Assembly: GCF_006345805.1 (NCBI RefSeq)
Contig: NC_042998.1
Location: 165,974,001 to 166,038,000, forward strand
DNA from: Octopus sinensis
Lineage: Eukaryota
DNA: 64,000 nucleotides
Direction: 5' to 3'
The translations under genes and the position numbers were made by a program. Each line of letters begins with the position of its first letter. The first letter of the stretch is position 1. The notes under the pieces are model-generated. The model made no database searches and was not told the origin of the DNA. It saw only the letters and a program-made list of their open reading frames with translations. Below are positions 48,288-61,004 of the stretch, piece after piece.

Positions 48288-49226
48288 TTTGCGCGCCCGT
48301 TACCTACGTTATTAAACACACACAAACATCTACATAAACTCTAGAAAAAAATCAATTACGTGAAAGGTCTAAGTTATATAGAAAATACACATCTACCGTT
48401 CCATTAACAGTTCATAATTATCGCAGCAGTTGCAAGGTTGCAAAGTATTTACAATTTGCTTATATTTGGTTACTTTACACTGCATACAAAAATATAAACA
48501 AATTATATACATACAACTGCTTACAAAAATAGAGATTAATGTATATTTTTTCGGTGTAAATAATTTTTTGTTTAAGATATAGAAAAAATGCTTCCAAAGG
48601 TAAAAAGTAATCTGTCCAGAAACACATACAAAGCAAGGAAGAGTGCAGAAAATCGAAGGCGAGAGTCTCAAGAGATAAGGGACATGAGACTTTCTCAACA
48701 TCAGCAAATGCATGCTGCAGCAGGTCAAATACAGTCTCAAGAGATAAAGGAGCTGAGACTTTCTCAACATCAACTAAAGCGTGCTGCAACACGTCTGATG
48801 GAGTATGAAGACAGAAGAGACATGAGATTTTCTCAATATCAGCAAAGGCATGCCGCAGCACATCAAATTGAATCTCAAGACAGAAGGGAGATGAGACTTT
48901 CTCAAGATCAGCAAAGGCATGCTGCAGCATTTGATGCTGAATCATTAAAACAACGTTTAGCAAGCCTGATTACACAGAGGTCCAATAGAATAGCTCTCCG
49001 AAACAAACTACGTACAAATTCGTTCTTCACAAAACTTTGAGCTGCTTTCACATATGATCCATCCCATTCTTATAAAAATAATAATTCTGTCCAACTTGGT
49101 GTGCCAAACTCAAATTGTCGTTTATGCAATACACACATACACACACACACACACACAAACACGCACGCACACGCACAAACTACGCGGTTTTAATCCAGAG
49201 CAACGCCGGATATCTCTGCTACTTGG
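47895..49226 (+). mobile_element. Helitron-derived element carrying a short repeat-protein ORF
   Basis: 3' end TCCAGAGCAACGCCGGA...CTAC(T). Homologous in inverted orientation to about 32600-33200. Confidence 0.6.
48588..49040 (+). CDS. 150-aa ORF with four 23-aa tandem repeats (STPR-like DNA-binding repeats)
   Basis: ESQEIRDMRLSQHQQMHAAAGQI / QSQEIKELRLSQHQLKRAATRLM / EYEDRRDMRFSQYQQRHAAAHQI / ESQDRREMRLSQDQQRHAAAFDA. Expression is unknown. Confidence 0.5.
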   Translation: MLPKVKSNLSRNTYKARKSAENRRRESQEIRDMRLSQHQQMHAAAGQIQSQEIKELRLSQHQLKRAATRLMEYEDRRDMRFSQYQQRHAAAHQIESQDRREMRLSQDQQRHAAAFDAESLKQRLASLITQRSNRIALRNKLRTNSFFTKL

Positions 49227-49792
49227 AAATAAAATAGAATAAAGGACTATTTTGTATCAAATTCTCGTACAACTGGATCGTGAAACTCATCAAATATTGA
49301 TACATTTTACCCTTTTTAAAAACTTTTCTTATTCTGAAAGTATGAAAATGCAGGTTTACATTTTGCGATATATTATTTCAGAATCGCAAGATCATTCACC
49401 AGTAAACTATTTTATACTGTAAATGATTTTGTTGAGAGCTTGTAAGTTTTGCAATATAGATAGACACTTTTTCATTTTTTGAAATATAGAGACATTTCAC
49501 GAGCTTACTCATATACAGAGAGGTCATGCTAAAAATATTTTCCTGAGGTTTTTATTTCTATACTGAAGCTGAATGTTAAAATGAATAAAAGAGATAAAGT
49601 AACTGGAAGGTTATGTTGGTTATTGACCTACATATATAAATTATATCATAACCCTTTTATATAATGAGAAGTGCAAGTTGCCTTTCACCTCTATTTCAAC
49701 CGAGAGATTAGATCATTGATTTGAACATATATAGTATATAGCGTTCAAAGCATTAGTGATGAGATAGGAACATGTGTGTGTGTGTGTGTGTG

Positions 49793-49839
<47 letters not shown>

Positions 49840-51001
49840 AGTTAAATAGGTCAGTATTCTGTTAACTAAGCCACAAATCAAGTTTGGAAAGGAACAAAAA
49901 TCTGAAGACACATCTCACGCAATTGTTCAATGGCAATACTGATGGACATTTTTTTTTCAATGACGAACACTTTCAAAGTCATGTATTTGCATATATCTTG
50001 CTAAGCATATAACTTGAATCGGTAGAAAGTCAATATTAATTTCTTGTAAACGTTATGTAAATTGGCATTTTTTATGTATAAGAATATGTAACTTAGGTGC
50101 CACTTTAGCATACTGTCTAACTCTGACCTCTAACTTTAAACCCTAACCCAGGTTATCTCACAGTGTAGACTACGGATACTGCGGTAGAATGCACTCTAAA
50201 GTAGAGTATAACTTGTTTATTATTCGCTACATTCCGGTTCTATACCAAATGAATAAGATAGAAACTTTTGAATTAACGAAATAGATGTTGAGTTCACCAG
50301 AGAAATTTTTATCATAGTGTACAGTTTAGCAAAAAGAAATCGATGTTTGTCAGATATGGAAGAGACAAGAATGAAATCAATTTGGGAAACTTCAAACATT
50401 CACGATTTTTTTTCCAATTCTCATTGCAGAGTACATTACCAAATTGAAAAGAAATGAAAAATTCAGTAAAATTATGGAAAACGAACAGAAAATACGTTAC
50501 AGTTAATTTCAATGAGGTTTTATTTGTAATTTTTGTGTTCTGAAAGTTCTCAGAATCCGTTTGGCCATTCGCTTGCAAATTGCTACCATCTTGGTTGTAT
50601 GTACGTGAAACAAGGCGTCGTTGCTCATATCAATTTCCCGTCACGCACTATACTTAACTCTGGGATTTTGTGGTTGTTGCTGTTCCAAAGGCATGATGAG
50701 CGCGTGTGTGTGTGTGTAAGAGAGAGAGAGAGAGGGGGGAAGGAAAGAGAGAGAGAGAGGTGGGTAGAGATACCAACATTTAAACGACATGGATTTTAAA
50801 AATTCTTCTTTTAAAACAGTTTCTTTTCATTGTTTGGAAATGCGTGAAAAAAGCAAAGCGGAGGAAACCCCGACAGTTTCCAGTAAGAGTAGGTGGGGCA
50901 CAATGAGTAATATTTACTGGATTTTTGACTTTGAAGAAAATATATATTTTTAAAATGTTCACCACCTTGCCTAAGCTATATAGTCAGAACATAATGTAGG
51001 A

Positions 51002-52171
51002 GCCAGTCCTGATTTGATTAAACTTGAAGCTCCAAAATACTAGCAGGACACAATGTGTACAAATGGTCCTAATACCACGAAACGTGATTCTTAAGTATGC
51101 TTAGGTATGGATTAATTAATTATGAGATAATCAACTAGCCTAAATAACTAATTTAATTAGACTTTAAGCTCCAGTAATGAATTACATTGAATATTAGTCC
51201 TTAAACACAAGTGATACTTAAATGAAAACTTAAGAAAATTAGGAATTAGTTAGACTTTCTGCTCCAGCGTCAATTACTTCGCAGAAATGTTCACTAAACC
51301 CAACTGAATCTGTTCATGTCACTTAAGAACCATTTTAAGTATGGATTCCTAATTTAAGAAGCATTTTCTACTAATCACTATACACTAATTAAGAAGAAAC
51401 ATACAGAAAAACTGTTTTCAAGCTAAGTGATGAATGCAACATAGAAACATGTCTTAGACCCAGTTGACATGAAAGGAAGAAATTAAGAAACATCCCAGGT
51501 ATTGGAAGACAATAAGAAATCTTTAATTAGATCGTTAATTAGGTCTTAATTAGACTTTCTGCTCCGGTGTAAATTCTTCCACAAAAATATTCGGCTCGTC
51601 AAACTGAATATAATCATAGTATGTAAGAATGATAGGCATGAATCTCTAATTTAAGAAGCATTTTGACTAATTAACACATCCTCCTTTATTGAATATGGAA
51701 AAACCTTTAACTGAAAAAATGTTGATTTTCCATTGCATGGCATCGGAATCCTTCCTCCATTACTGATGCTGACTTCTGTCAACACATGATGCATGTCGCT
51801 TTCGTTCATTCGAATAAAATTAATTTTTAAAGCAGTAATTTTTCTCTTAAAGGTGACTTGTCCGTCACAAACTTCACAAAAATGGAAACTGTTACAATGA
51901 AAAAATGGATTAAAACTACAACAAAGGGCAACTTGCCCCTTGGACAAAAATGTCACATAAATGCAAACTGGCTATTAGAAACCAACGACTCGTTACTGGA
52001 GCTTAAAGGCTAATGAAATTAGTTATTTAGGCAAGTTGATTATCTCATAATTAATTAATCCATACCTAAGCATACTTAATAATCACGTTTCATGGTATTA
52101 GGACCATTTGTACACGTATTGTGCCTTGCCAGTATTTTGGAGCTTCAAGTCTAATCAAATCAGGACTGGCT
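51002..52171. mobile_element. Fold-back non-autonomous element with about 175-bp TIRs
   Basis: 51002-51178 is the reverse complement of 51994-52171. A partial direct copy lies at 53755-54388. Confidence 0.7.
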
Positions 52172-53754
52172 GTCAGTCTATAACGTTTGTTATAGGGTGT
52201 GGGTCTGAGGTTTGATTCATTGCAATTGATCAATTAAATGGCAGTGTAATATGTTAAATATTGAAAAAATTAATTTTCACGCTGAACCCTTCAAGGGTTG
52301 TTTGTTGCTGGTTCAAAAATATGTTTTCCATCATACATATTTAAACAAAACAGTCAAATTTGAAAAGTTTCTTGGTTAATGGTGGGGGTTGCATCCTCCC
52401 TATCCCCCCTCTGAATTCATCCCTGTTGTAGTGTAGTTACAGTATTACAATGGGTACATAACGCTAGGCGTAAACTTTGAGAGTAAACTTACCATACCAT
52501 GTCTCTGTACTGACGGTCCCACGAAACAAATTGGTAAGGTAGGTGAGTGCTGCCTTTTGTTAGTTTTACAGACGTGAGTGTGGGGTCATAACGGGAGACA
52601 GTCACGGTTAGCCAACGTAAGGGATAAAGCAAATAAGTATTAGACGAACAGCCAAAATAAATGCTAGGAACATTTTAAATGGCGTGCTGGAGGTTACAGT
52701 GATGTTTTGTGTTTTTTTCATTACATCTGTAAAGGTAACAAGACCCGAAGTGCCGGGACCTTATTTTTTATATTTTATTTATTTTTATTTATTTATTTAT
52801 TTTTTCAAATTTTTGTTTGTCAAAATTAGGGTGCATCCTCGAGGACGCAACGTTGGAAAATACGGTAGCTACCAGGAAAGGGTTAAGTACGTTACTTTGC
52901 CTCTAAATATTAAGTTTATGAGTCGTATGTTCTTAGATAGTTAAAAAGAGTGCACAGCTGCTTATGAACTCTCGAGACGACTTGCATTAGAATTTGTGTA
53001 CAGCCGTTTCCTCTTTTTATGTCCACGAACACACTGTAAATATCTATTGTTTAGATTCGTTGTTGCATACAGCATTGGGTAATAAATCAATAGGTATAGT
53101 CTGGAGTAACTTGTAACCAGGAATCAAAACGCTGTTACCGTAGTATATGCTGAGTATACACACGCACGCGCGCACACACACATATTTATATACACTCATA
53201 TATTTATGGATATATATGTACATATATACGTATATGTATTCATATATATATATATGCATATGTGTATTCCTATAGTATTATATATATGCGTGTGTGTATG
53301 TAGGTATGCATGCATGCATGCATGTATGTATGTATGCATGCATGCATGCATGTATGTATGTATGTATGCATGCATGCGCGCCCACCAATTTGTTTTTCTC
53401 ATTAAATTCCATTAATACTCATAATCTACTTCACCTGAAATGTATTTCTAGAATATTCTGTTTAAAGATATCCATTTTTCTGATAGTTATGAAGTAAGAA
53501 TTTTGGGAACACTTGTAAAGGTATGTCTAGAAATCTTTGGTTAAGGACACTGATCTTAGAGACTCTTACATATATGGGCAAGTTCCAGATGGGATGATTC
53601 GAAATGTTATCTTTTTGTTCTTTTACTTCCGGTAAATGTTAGCTTGTACTTCTAAATTTCCTATTGAAAATATCTTGCGTTACATAACTAACGACGTTTC
53701 TTGAACTTCGTAGTCAATAACTGTTAATATAACAATTCAAATCTGCAAATATCT

Positions 53755-54388
53755 ATTAATTATGAGATAATAAACTAGCCTAAATAACTATTTTAATTAG
53801 ACTTTAAGCTCCAGTAATGAATTACATTGAATATTAGTCCTTAAACACAAGTGATACTTAAATGAAAACTTAAGGAAAAAAAACGGGTATCTAAAGACAA
53901 ATTAAGAAGTTTCAATTAGACACGTAATTAGGAATTAGTTAGACTTTCTGCTCCAGCGTCAATTACTTCGCAGAAATGTTCACTAAACCCAACTGAATCT
54001 GTTCATGTCACTTAAGAACCATTTTAAGTATGGATTTCTAATTTAAGAAGCATTTTCTACTAATCACTATACACTAATTAAGAAGAAACATACAGAAAAA
54101 CTGTTTTCAAGCTAAGTGATGAATGCAACATAGAAACATGTCTTAGACCCAGTTGACATGGAAGGAAGAAATTAAGAAACATCCCAGGTATTGGAAGACA
54201 ATAAGAAATCTTTAATTAGATCGTTAATTAGGTCTTAATTAGACTTTCTGCTCCGGTGTAAATTCTTCCACAAAAATATTCGGCTCGTCAAACTGAATAT
54301 AATCATTGTATGTAAGAATGATAGGTATGAATCTCTAATTTAAGAAGCATTTTGACTAATTAACACATCCTCCTCTATTGAATATGGA
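53755..54388. repeat. Near-identical partial copy of 51114-51700 with an about 60-bp insertion
   Basis: Direct visual alignment. Confidence 0.85.
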
Positions 54389-55039
54389 ATATGCTCTCTA
54401 CTACAATCTGTAGATAATCCATAGTTATGCTCTACAGTACAATAGAACATTATTGCAAAGAAAGGAAACACCATTAATTCAATGTTTGGTCTCACTAATT
54501 TTTGGGAAACAATATTTAATGACCTGCATTTTTCTGTCGCGATTCCATCATCACCTGCCTGAGCGCATATTTTAATTCGTCGCAAACTATGTACATCGGG
54601 ATGTGGTTACATTCCATTTTACTGGGCAGGAAAAATGAGTTTAAATCACCAACTAATAATCCATTACCATTCTTTTACTTCTTCTTTTTCCTTTTGTGCT
54701 TCTGATCAGGCAACCTAACTAAAGAAAATTTCGCAAATACAATTATACTTTTTCACTGTATATTGACAACATAAAATGGTCTAATATTAGGGTATATAAA
54801 CTTGGACGTAGGCATTTGTAAATAGGATTATAATTCTTTTTAACAAAATTTTCACTCGCTACCATTTCTTAACTTGTGCATAATTTGCACATCTTTACAT
54901 GACAACCGATGTTGGTTTGTTCATGTCTCCGTAGCTTAGCGGTTCGGCAAAAAGAAATGATAGAATACGTACGAGGCTTAAAATAAGTAGTAGGCTTTGT
55001 TTCTTCAAGTAAACCCATCAAAGCGGTGCTCCGACGTAG

Positions 55040-55372
55040 CCGCGAAGGCGGAGGTATTGTTTCAGTCGTGTTTGTTTGATTGTTTGTCCGTGAACAAGAT
55101 ATCACAAGAACCGCTGGATGGATTCGGCTGAAATTTTCAGGGATGTTTGGTCTCATTACTGGAACCAACTGATTAGATTTTGGGATCGGTCTAGGACCAG
55201 ATTTTCCCGGTTTTATTTACTTAATTTTTGAGAGCGGTCGGGTTAATTTTTAGTATTCCCGTTTGTGAGAGCAGTCGAGTTTATTTCAGATATTCTCATT
55301 TTAAAAATCAACTGCTAACCGTTGAGAGGACGTTGCTTTGGCAGAGGTTTGCGCTCTCTGTGTGCTCTTGTT
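55040..55372 (+). mobile_element. DINE-1/HINE-like non-autonomous element
   Basis: GGCGGAGGT 5' motif, (GTTT)n, and a 3' GGCAGAGGTTTGCGCTCTCTGTGTGC end. Confidence 0.4.
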
Positions 55373-55447
55373 TTAATTTGAAAAGGTTTATATATTTTTA
55401 TTAATTGACATTTTTATGTTTCAGTTTCCATATGTGACTGTTTAATC

Positions 55448-56525
55448 ATGTCACGTACAAAGAAGCTTTGGAACTATTTGAATTTCAAAGAGGCCGTATT
55501 GTTAGTCAATCTGAAAGTGGATTTAGCGTAAAATCGCAGAAAACCTTGGGATTCCGCTTTCGGCAGTTAATAGAGTGATTGTGCCATTCATCAGAGAATG
55601 GAAGGAGTCCATATCACCTCACCCAGGTCGCCCAGGGCCCTTTGTTAAGAGAAGTGTGGAGGATAATCCTTGTTGCAAGGCCTCTGACATAGCAGAACAA
55701 ATTGATGTCAGTCCCAGAAAAGCTGACAGATATCTCCACAAACTTGGCTACTATGGCAGAGCAGCAAGAAACAAGCCATTTCTTCCACAAGCCAATATCA
55801 AGCGGAGAAAAGATTGGACTAGGGAGATGGTGGAGAGGCCACTAGCATTCTGGGACACTGTCATATTCTCTGATGAGTCCAGATTTGCTGTATTTTCTTA
55901 CAATGGTTGAGCATGGGTCTGGAGATTGATCAAGAATTTGATGTGAAAAGTTTGCAGGCAACAATGAAACACAGTGGCTATTCTGTGATGGTCTGGGGAG
56001 AAATTTGGAAAAATGGTCGATCAGAGCTGGTAGAGTGTGAGGGAAACATAAACTTAGATAAAAATGTGTCCATATTGCAGAAAGGACTCCTTCCAACCTT
56101 CTCTAGTGGTGAAATGATTAAAGAAGACTATTTATGGAAGATGGAGCTCCTTGTCACACAGCTAAAAGGACCCAAGATTGGTTGGAAGAGAATGGCATTG
56201 AAGAGCTTCCATGGCCAAGTAGTTACAAGATAAGAACCTATTGAACACCTCTGGGGTAAAAAAAAAAACACAAGAAAGCATCCTCAAAGCTAGATCTTTT
56301 GAGATTACTGCATGAAACTTAGCAAGAAATTCCTCAAGAGAATATTCGTCATCTGATCAGTAGCATGCCTAATTGGGTCCTTGCATTGAAAACTGCAAAG
56401 GGTTTGTCTGCTAAATTTTAGATGTTCACATTATGATAATTAATAAACAATGTGAATATATAATTTCAGATTTAAAGAAATTTTAACTATTATAAGGGTG
56501 TCTATTTACTTCTGTCATGTCTGTG
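55448..56525 (+). pseudogene. Degenerate Tc1-like transposase with right terminus
   Basis: FQRGRIV, GRAARNKPFL, WDTVIFSDESRF, SVMVWG, EDGAPCHTA and IEHLWG motifs. The probable TIR ends CTGTG|TA. No left TIR was found. Confidence 0.85.
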
Positions 56526-56531
56526 TACATA

Positions 56532-56690
56532 CAGGAGTGGCTGTATGGTAAGTAGCTTGCTTACCAACCACATGGTTTCGGGTTCATTCCCACTGCGTGG
56601 CACCTTGGGCAAGTATCTTCTACTATAGCCTCGGGCCGACCAAAGCCTTGTGAGTGGATTTGGTAGACGGAAACCGAAAGAAGCCTGTTG

Positions 56691-56723
<33 letters not shown>

Positions 56724-56732
56724 TTGTGTGTG

Positions 56733-56765
<33 letters not shown>

Positions 56766-56968
56766 TTGTGTGTCTGTGTTTGTCTCTCACCCAACATCGT
56801 TTGACAACCGATGGTGGTATGTTTACGTCCCCGTAACTTAGCGGTTCGGCAAAAGAGACCGATGGAATAAGTACTAGGCTTACAAAGAATAAGTCCTGGG
56901 GTTGATGTGCTCGACTAAAAGCAGTGATCCAGCATGGCCACAGTCAAAATGACTGAAACAAGTAAAAG
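56532..56968 (+). mobile_element. tRNA-derived CORE-like SINE
   Basis: Same family as 57491-57877, with a long (TG)n. Confidence 0.85.
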
Positions 56969-57490
56969 GGTAATATGGATGCGCTTCATTATTCTGCTTT
57001 CATTAACTTTCACTTGAAATAAGCTACAAAAGAGAACAATGCTCTTATCATCTCAGTAAGTATAATTTCTTTGTGAACATGGATATATATATAGTGTGTT
57101 ATCTCTCCACCCCGTCCGCTTGTAACACATGTCTTTTTGTACCTAAAAATCATAATCGTTACAACTCTGCCTATTTAACTGTTTGTCACACCTAAAAATG
57201 TTGGACCTAGGCATGCCGCATTCAGACGGGTATCAATAAAGACACATTCAGTCTAATTTAAAATGAAAAAGCTAATTTCTAGCTGAACAAAGGAAAGAAA
57301 GGCAAAAAAATGAGGCAACATCAGCCATAGCTATTAATGCAAAAGAGAATTGTATTTTAGTATAACTCACTAACAAATTAATAAAACTATACTGTTGCCT
57401 ACATAAAATCGTTATACATACACACACGCACATGCACTCATGCATACATATCTATAGAATTTCGTAATAAATAGTTAACAATTGTTAATA

Positions 57491-57877
57491 GGCGCAGGAG
57501 TGGCTGTGTGGTAAGTAGCTTGTTTACCAACCACATAGCTCCGTGTTCAGTCCCACTGCGTGGCACCTTGGGCAAGTGTCTTCTACTATAGCCTCGGGCC
57601 GACCAAAGCCTTGTGAGTGGATTTGGTAGACGGAAACTGAAAGAAGCCCGTCGTATATATGTATATATATATATATGGGTGTGTGTGTTTGTCCCCCTAG
57701 CATTGCTTGACAACCGGTGCTGGTGTGTTTATGTCCCCGTCACTTAGCGGTTCGGCAAAAGAGACCGATAGAATAAGTATTGGGCTTACAAAAGAATAAG
57801 TCCCGGGGTCGAGTTGCTCGATTAAAGGCGGTGCTCCAGCATGGCCGCAGTCAAATGACTGAAACAAGTAAAAAGAG
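57491..57877 (+). mobile_element. tRNA-derived CORE-like SINE, full length (representative of more than 15 copies in the window)
   Basis: A-box-like TGGCTGTGTGG, B-box-like GTTCAGTCC, core CCTTGGGCAAGT, internal TA/TG microsatellite, tail GACTGAAACAAGTAAAA. Confidence 0.85.
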
Positions 57878-59639
57878 AAAGAGAATTGTAAGGAATTCGG
57901 TTATACAAATGAGTACAAACAGAGAAAGGGCGAACAGCTGAATACACATTTTGATTCTTTTCGAGAATTTTTTGAAGTGGTACACGAATCGTTAAGTATT
58001 TACAAACACACCTTATTAAAGGTACAAAGATTGTATAGTAAATGGATAGGCCAGTATGCATATTTAACACCCCAACCATTTTCTATTCACGCTTATATTG
58101 CATAGAGAAATTGCTATAGTTATGCTCTCTACTACAATCTGTAGATAATCCATAGTTATGCTCTACAGTACAGTAGAACATTATTGCAAAGAAAGGAAAC
58201 ACCATTAATTCAATGTTTGGTCTCACTGTCAAGAAAGTGTTACATATGGTCAATGAACTCTATTTTAACATCTGATTTTAAAGGGTTTATAAGCAATGTG
58301 TTTATGTATAGTTAACAATGATACACAGCTCCTGATGAAGACTTCAAAAATAATTGAAAAGTATGTGCAGCTGTTCCCTGCAATTTTTTCTGTCTGCACA
58401 TATATTGAAGAATTGTTTACAATTTCGTGACACAAAATTGTTGGTTTAAGAAAATGTGAAGGTGGGGTTGGGGCATATAGCCGGTTTCTACTTCAGTTTG
58501 AACTCGGGTTGTTTTCTCCAGTTCGTAAAACTTTCATACAAATTATAAAGCCTTTTTTAAAAAGTAAATATTTCCTGGAGAAGGTTGACGCTAGATTCAA
58601 GTTGCTTGAAGTAAATCAGTTAATTTGGGCGCGCACGCTCTCAGCTCGATGCGCGAAGGGGATTGTGGGTTTTTTCGCCGTCGAGGATCCGGTCAGGTTA
58701 CGCCGCTGACTTTGTGTCGCATTGCCGCTGGCGCGACGGGCGGGCTAGTTTAAATAAACTAAGTCAGAGGAAGAGACAGAATGGGTCTGAGAGAAGACAG
58801 AGAGCACCGAGAGCAGACATCAGAACAAACAGGATATAGTTATACGTTTGTTAGACTTTATTCAATATCAATGTTGACAACTATACTCACCAAATATGAA
58901 GTCTCTGCAACATGAACGACCTAACTCCTATTAGCTAACGGTTAAGGACTGTACTGGTAGCTGACAGTGATATTTCATCTCTCTCTTTCTCTCACTCTCA
59001 ATTCTGCACATCACAATAGAACCTGCTTAACCAAACCTTTTGCATGAAAACAACTCTCCTACAGTAATATAGCTCCTCACCGATGATCGTGTCCGATACG
59101 ATTTTTAACAATAAACATATGACTGGAAACAATGACATCTCATCCATTCATCAAACTTTCCATTAGCCTCATTGTTAATATGCCACATACGTTTATCTAT
59201 ATGTAAATCTGGTGAACGCTAAATTTCGCCTAATTCCATTCCATATATTAAAAAAATCTATAGATACACTCTATAATACATTATAGCAACAAAATCAAAC
59301 TCAATTAAAACACCAATAATTTCATGTTTGATCTCACAGTCATGAAATTGTCAAATGTGGAAATTGGTCTGTCTAATTTACTTTAATCTTTAATGTAAGC
59401 AATTGTTTATAATAGTTAGAACAAAGACCCCCAAACGTACAAACAGCTGTTCTCCCCCTTTTCTGTCCGCTCACATAGTGCACAGAGGAATTGTTTTACA
59501 ATTATCGTAATACATAGTGCTGGTTAAATAATAAGCTATGTAAACGTACATTATAGCAGCGAAACGAAACACTGTTAACACATCAGTTATACATGCACAC
59601 ATACAATTATGAACCCATATAGCAACATTTATATCAGTA

Positions 59640-60750
59640 GCTATCAACTATTTTGCCAATATCGGAAGGAAAATGTTGCAGGTGTTTACGGATGGAATCC
59701 ATAACAAGCAACGCAAAATTTAGCGCACAAAACTTTCCACGTACAACAAATCAAGAGTCCACAATATGTTTGCTGTAGCAGTATTCATGTCAGCATTTGA
59801 GCTTCCTTGGCAGTATATGAGGTCCGGACTAATGTTAAAGCCCAAAAATTGTTAACTAATAGCAGAAATTTCCACATCAACAGTGATGTAGACAGTTTCT
59901 ATCAAAGCAGAAGAATCTTAGACTCTGAATATCATATCATATCTCTTAGAAAAACTTATAAACTACTACATGTCAAAATTCACCCATGGATCAACTCAGC
60001 ATGATGGTTGGAAAGGAGCTTCTTAGAAAGTATTACTTGATTCTACGTATATATATCCCTGACTAGGGATATATACACAGAGAAGCCTCACAATCTTACT
60101 GGAATATACGAATGGATATATTTCCAGAAAAGACCGAAGTTACAGCAATACTAATAACCAAGGTAATCTGTCTGAGATATTTGCTCTCAGGTTTGGGGAT
60201 AAGCTTTTGCAATACAGGAGCAGGCAATAATAACAAAATACATAATGTACAAAAAGGGTGGGTAAACCATCTAGATGCGTTAACCGATTACAGGCTTTGT
60301 GGAATTAACACTGGGAATGGCACCCATATCAAAAGTACACATCCGAAAATGTCACCACAAAATTTACCTAAATGATGTAGCTGAAGCATTTTGCAACGAA
60401 ATCGGTAGAAAAGATAATTTTGAGGTGGCAAATAAAAGAAACTATAGTGATGCAGGAATATAAAAACACTTAATATGAAAGAATACAGCTGAAGTGTCCC
60501 TATCGCGATTTCGATAAAATGCAAGCATTACAGACCAGACCGAATGATCTGGGACAGAAAGAAGAAATTAGACATAGCAGTTGCAATCAGCTGCCTATCA
60601 AATGATAACATAATGTAAAAGATTAATGGAAAAGAAAATATCTGTATCAAACTGATAAAAAATATGCCGTAACTATATTGGAATTATAGCTTTAGATTAG
60701 AGTGTTGGGACACGTGACTGTCTCAGTACCAATTTTGAAAAGTTGGTTTC
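59640..60750 (+). mobile_element. Highly degenerate R4/Dong-like non-LTR C-terminal region
   Basis: Across frames: FAIQEQAI.TKYIM ... RLCG..TG.GTHI.S..PKMS, a decayed CCHC knuckle. Confidence 0.45.
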
Positions 60751-61004
60751 AGACAAAAAAGAAAACACGCTTATTCAGGAAATTACTGCTACAAATGCTG
60801 TCAAAATATGTTGAACGATCAAGACGTTTAACATATAAGTGCACATACAAGCATATATCTGTGTACACATCCAAATGTCAAAACATACAAATCCACATAT
60901 ATGACATCCAATCCTTACCGATGTACGTGTATGTACGTACATAGGAATATATGTATGCATACTATTACATACAAATACATAAATACATATATATACAGAC
61001 ATGG

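Noticed and set aside
50138-50150. CCCTAACCC telomere-like motif
   Set aside because: Only 1.5 units, which is expected by chance.
38343-52500. Exon at about 52500 as an upstream coding exon of ACTR6
   Set aside because: Splicing to the candidate acceptor at 38343 gives a wrong frame or an immediate TGA.
57835-57870. SINE tail CAGTC-AAAT-GACTG-AAAC as a hammerhead
   Set aside because: No CUGANGA core upstream of the stem.
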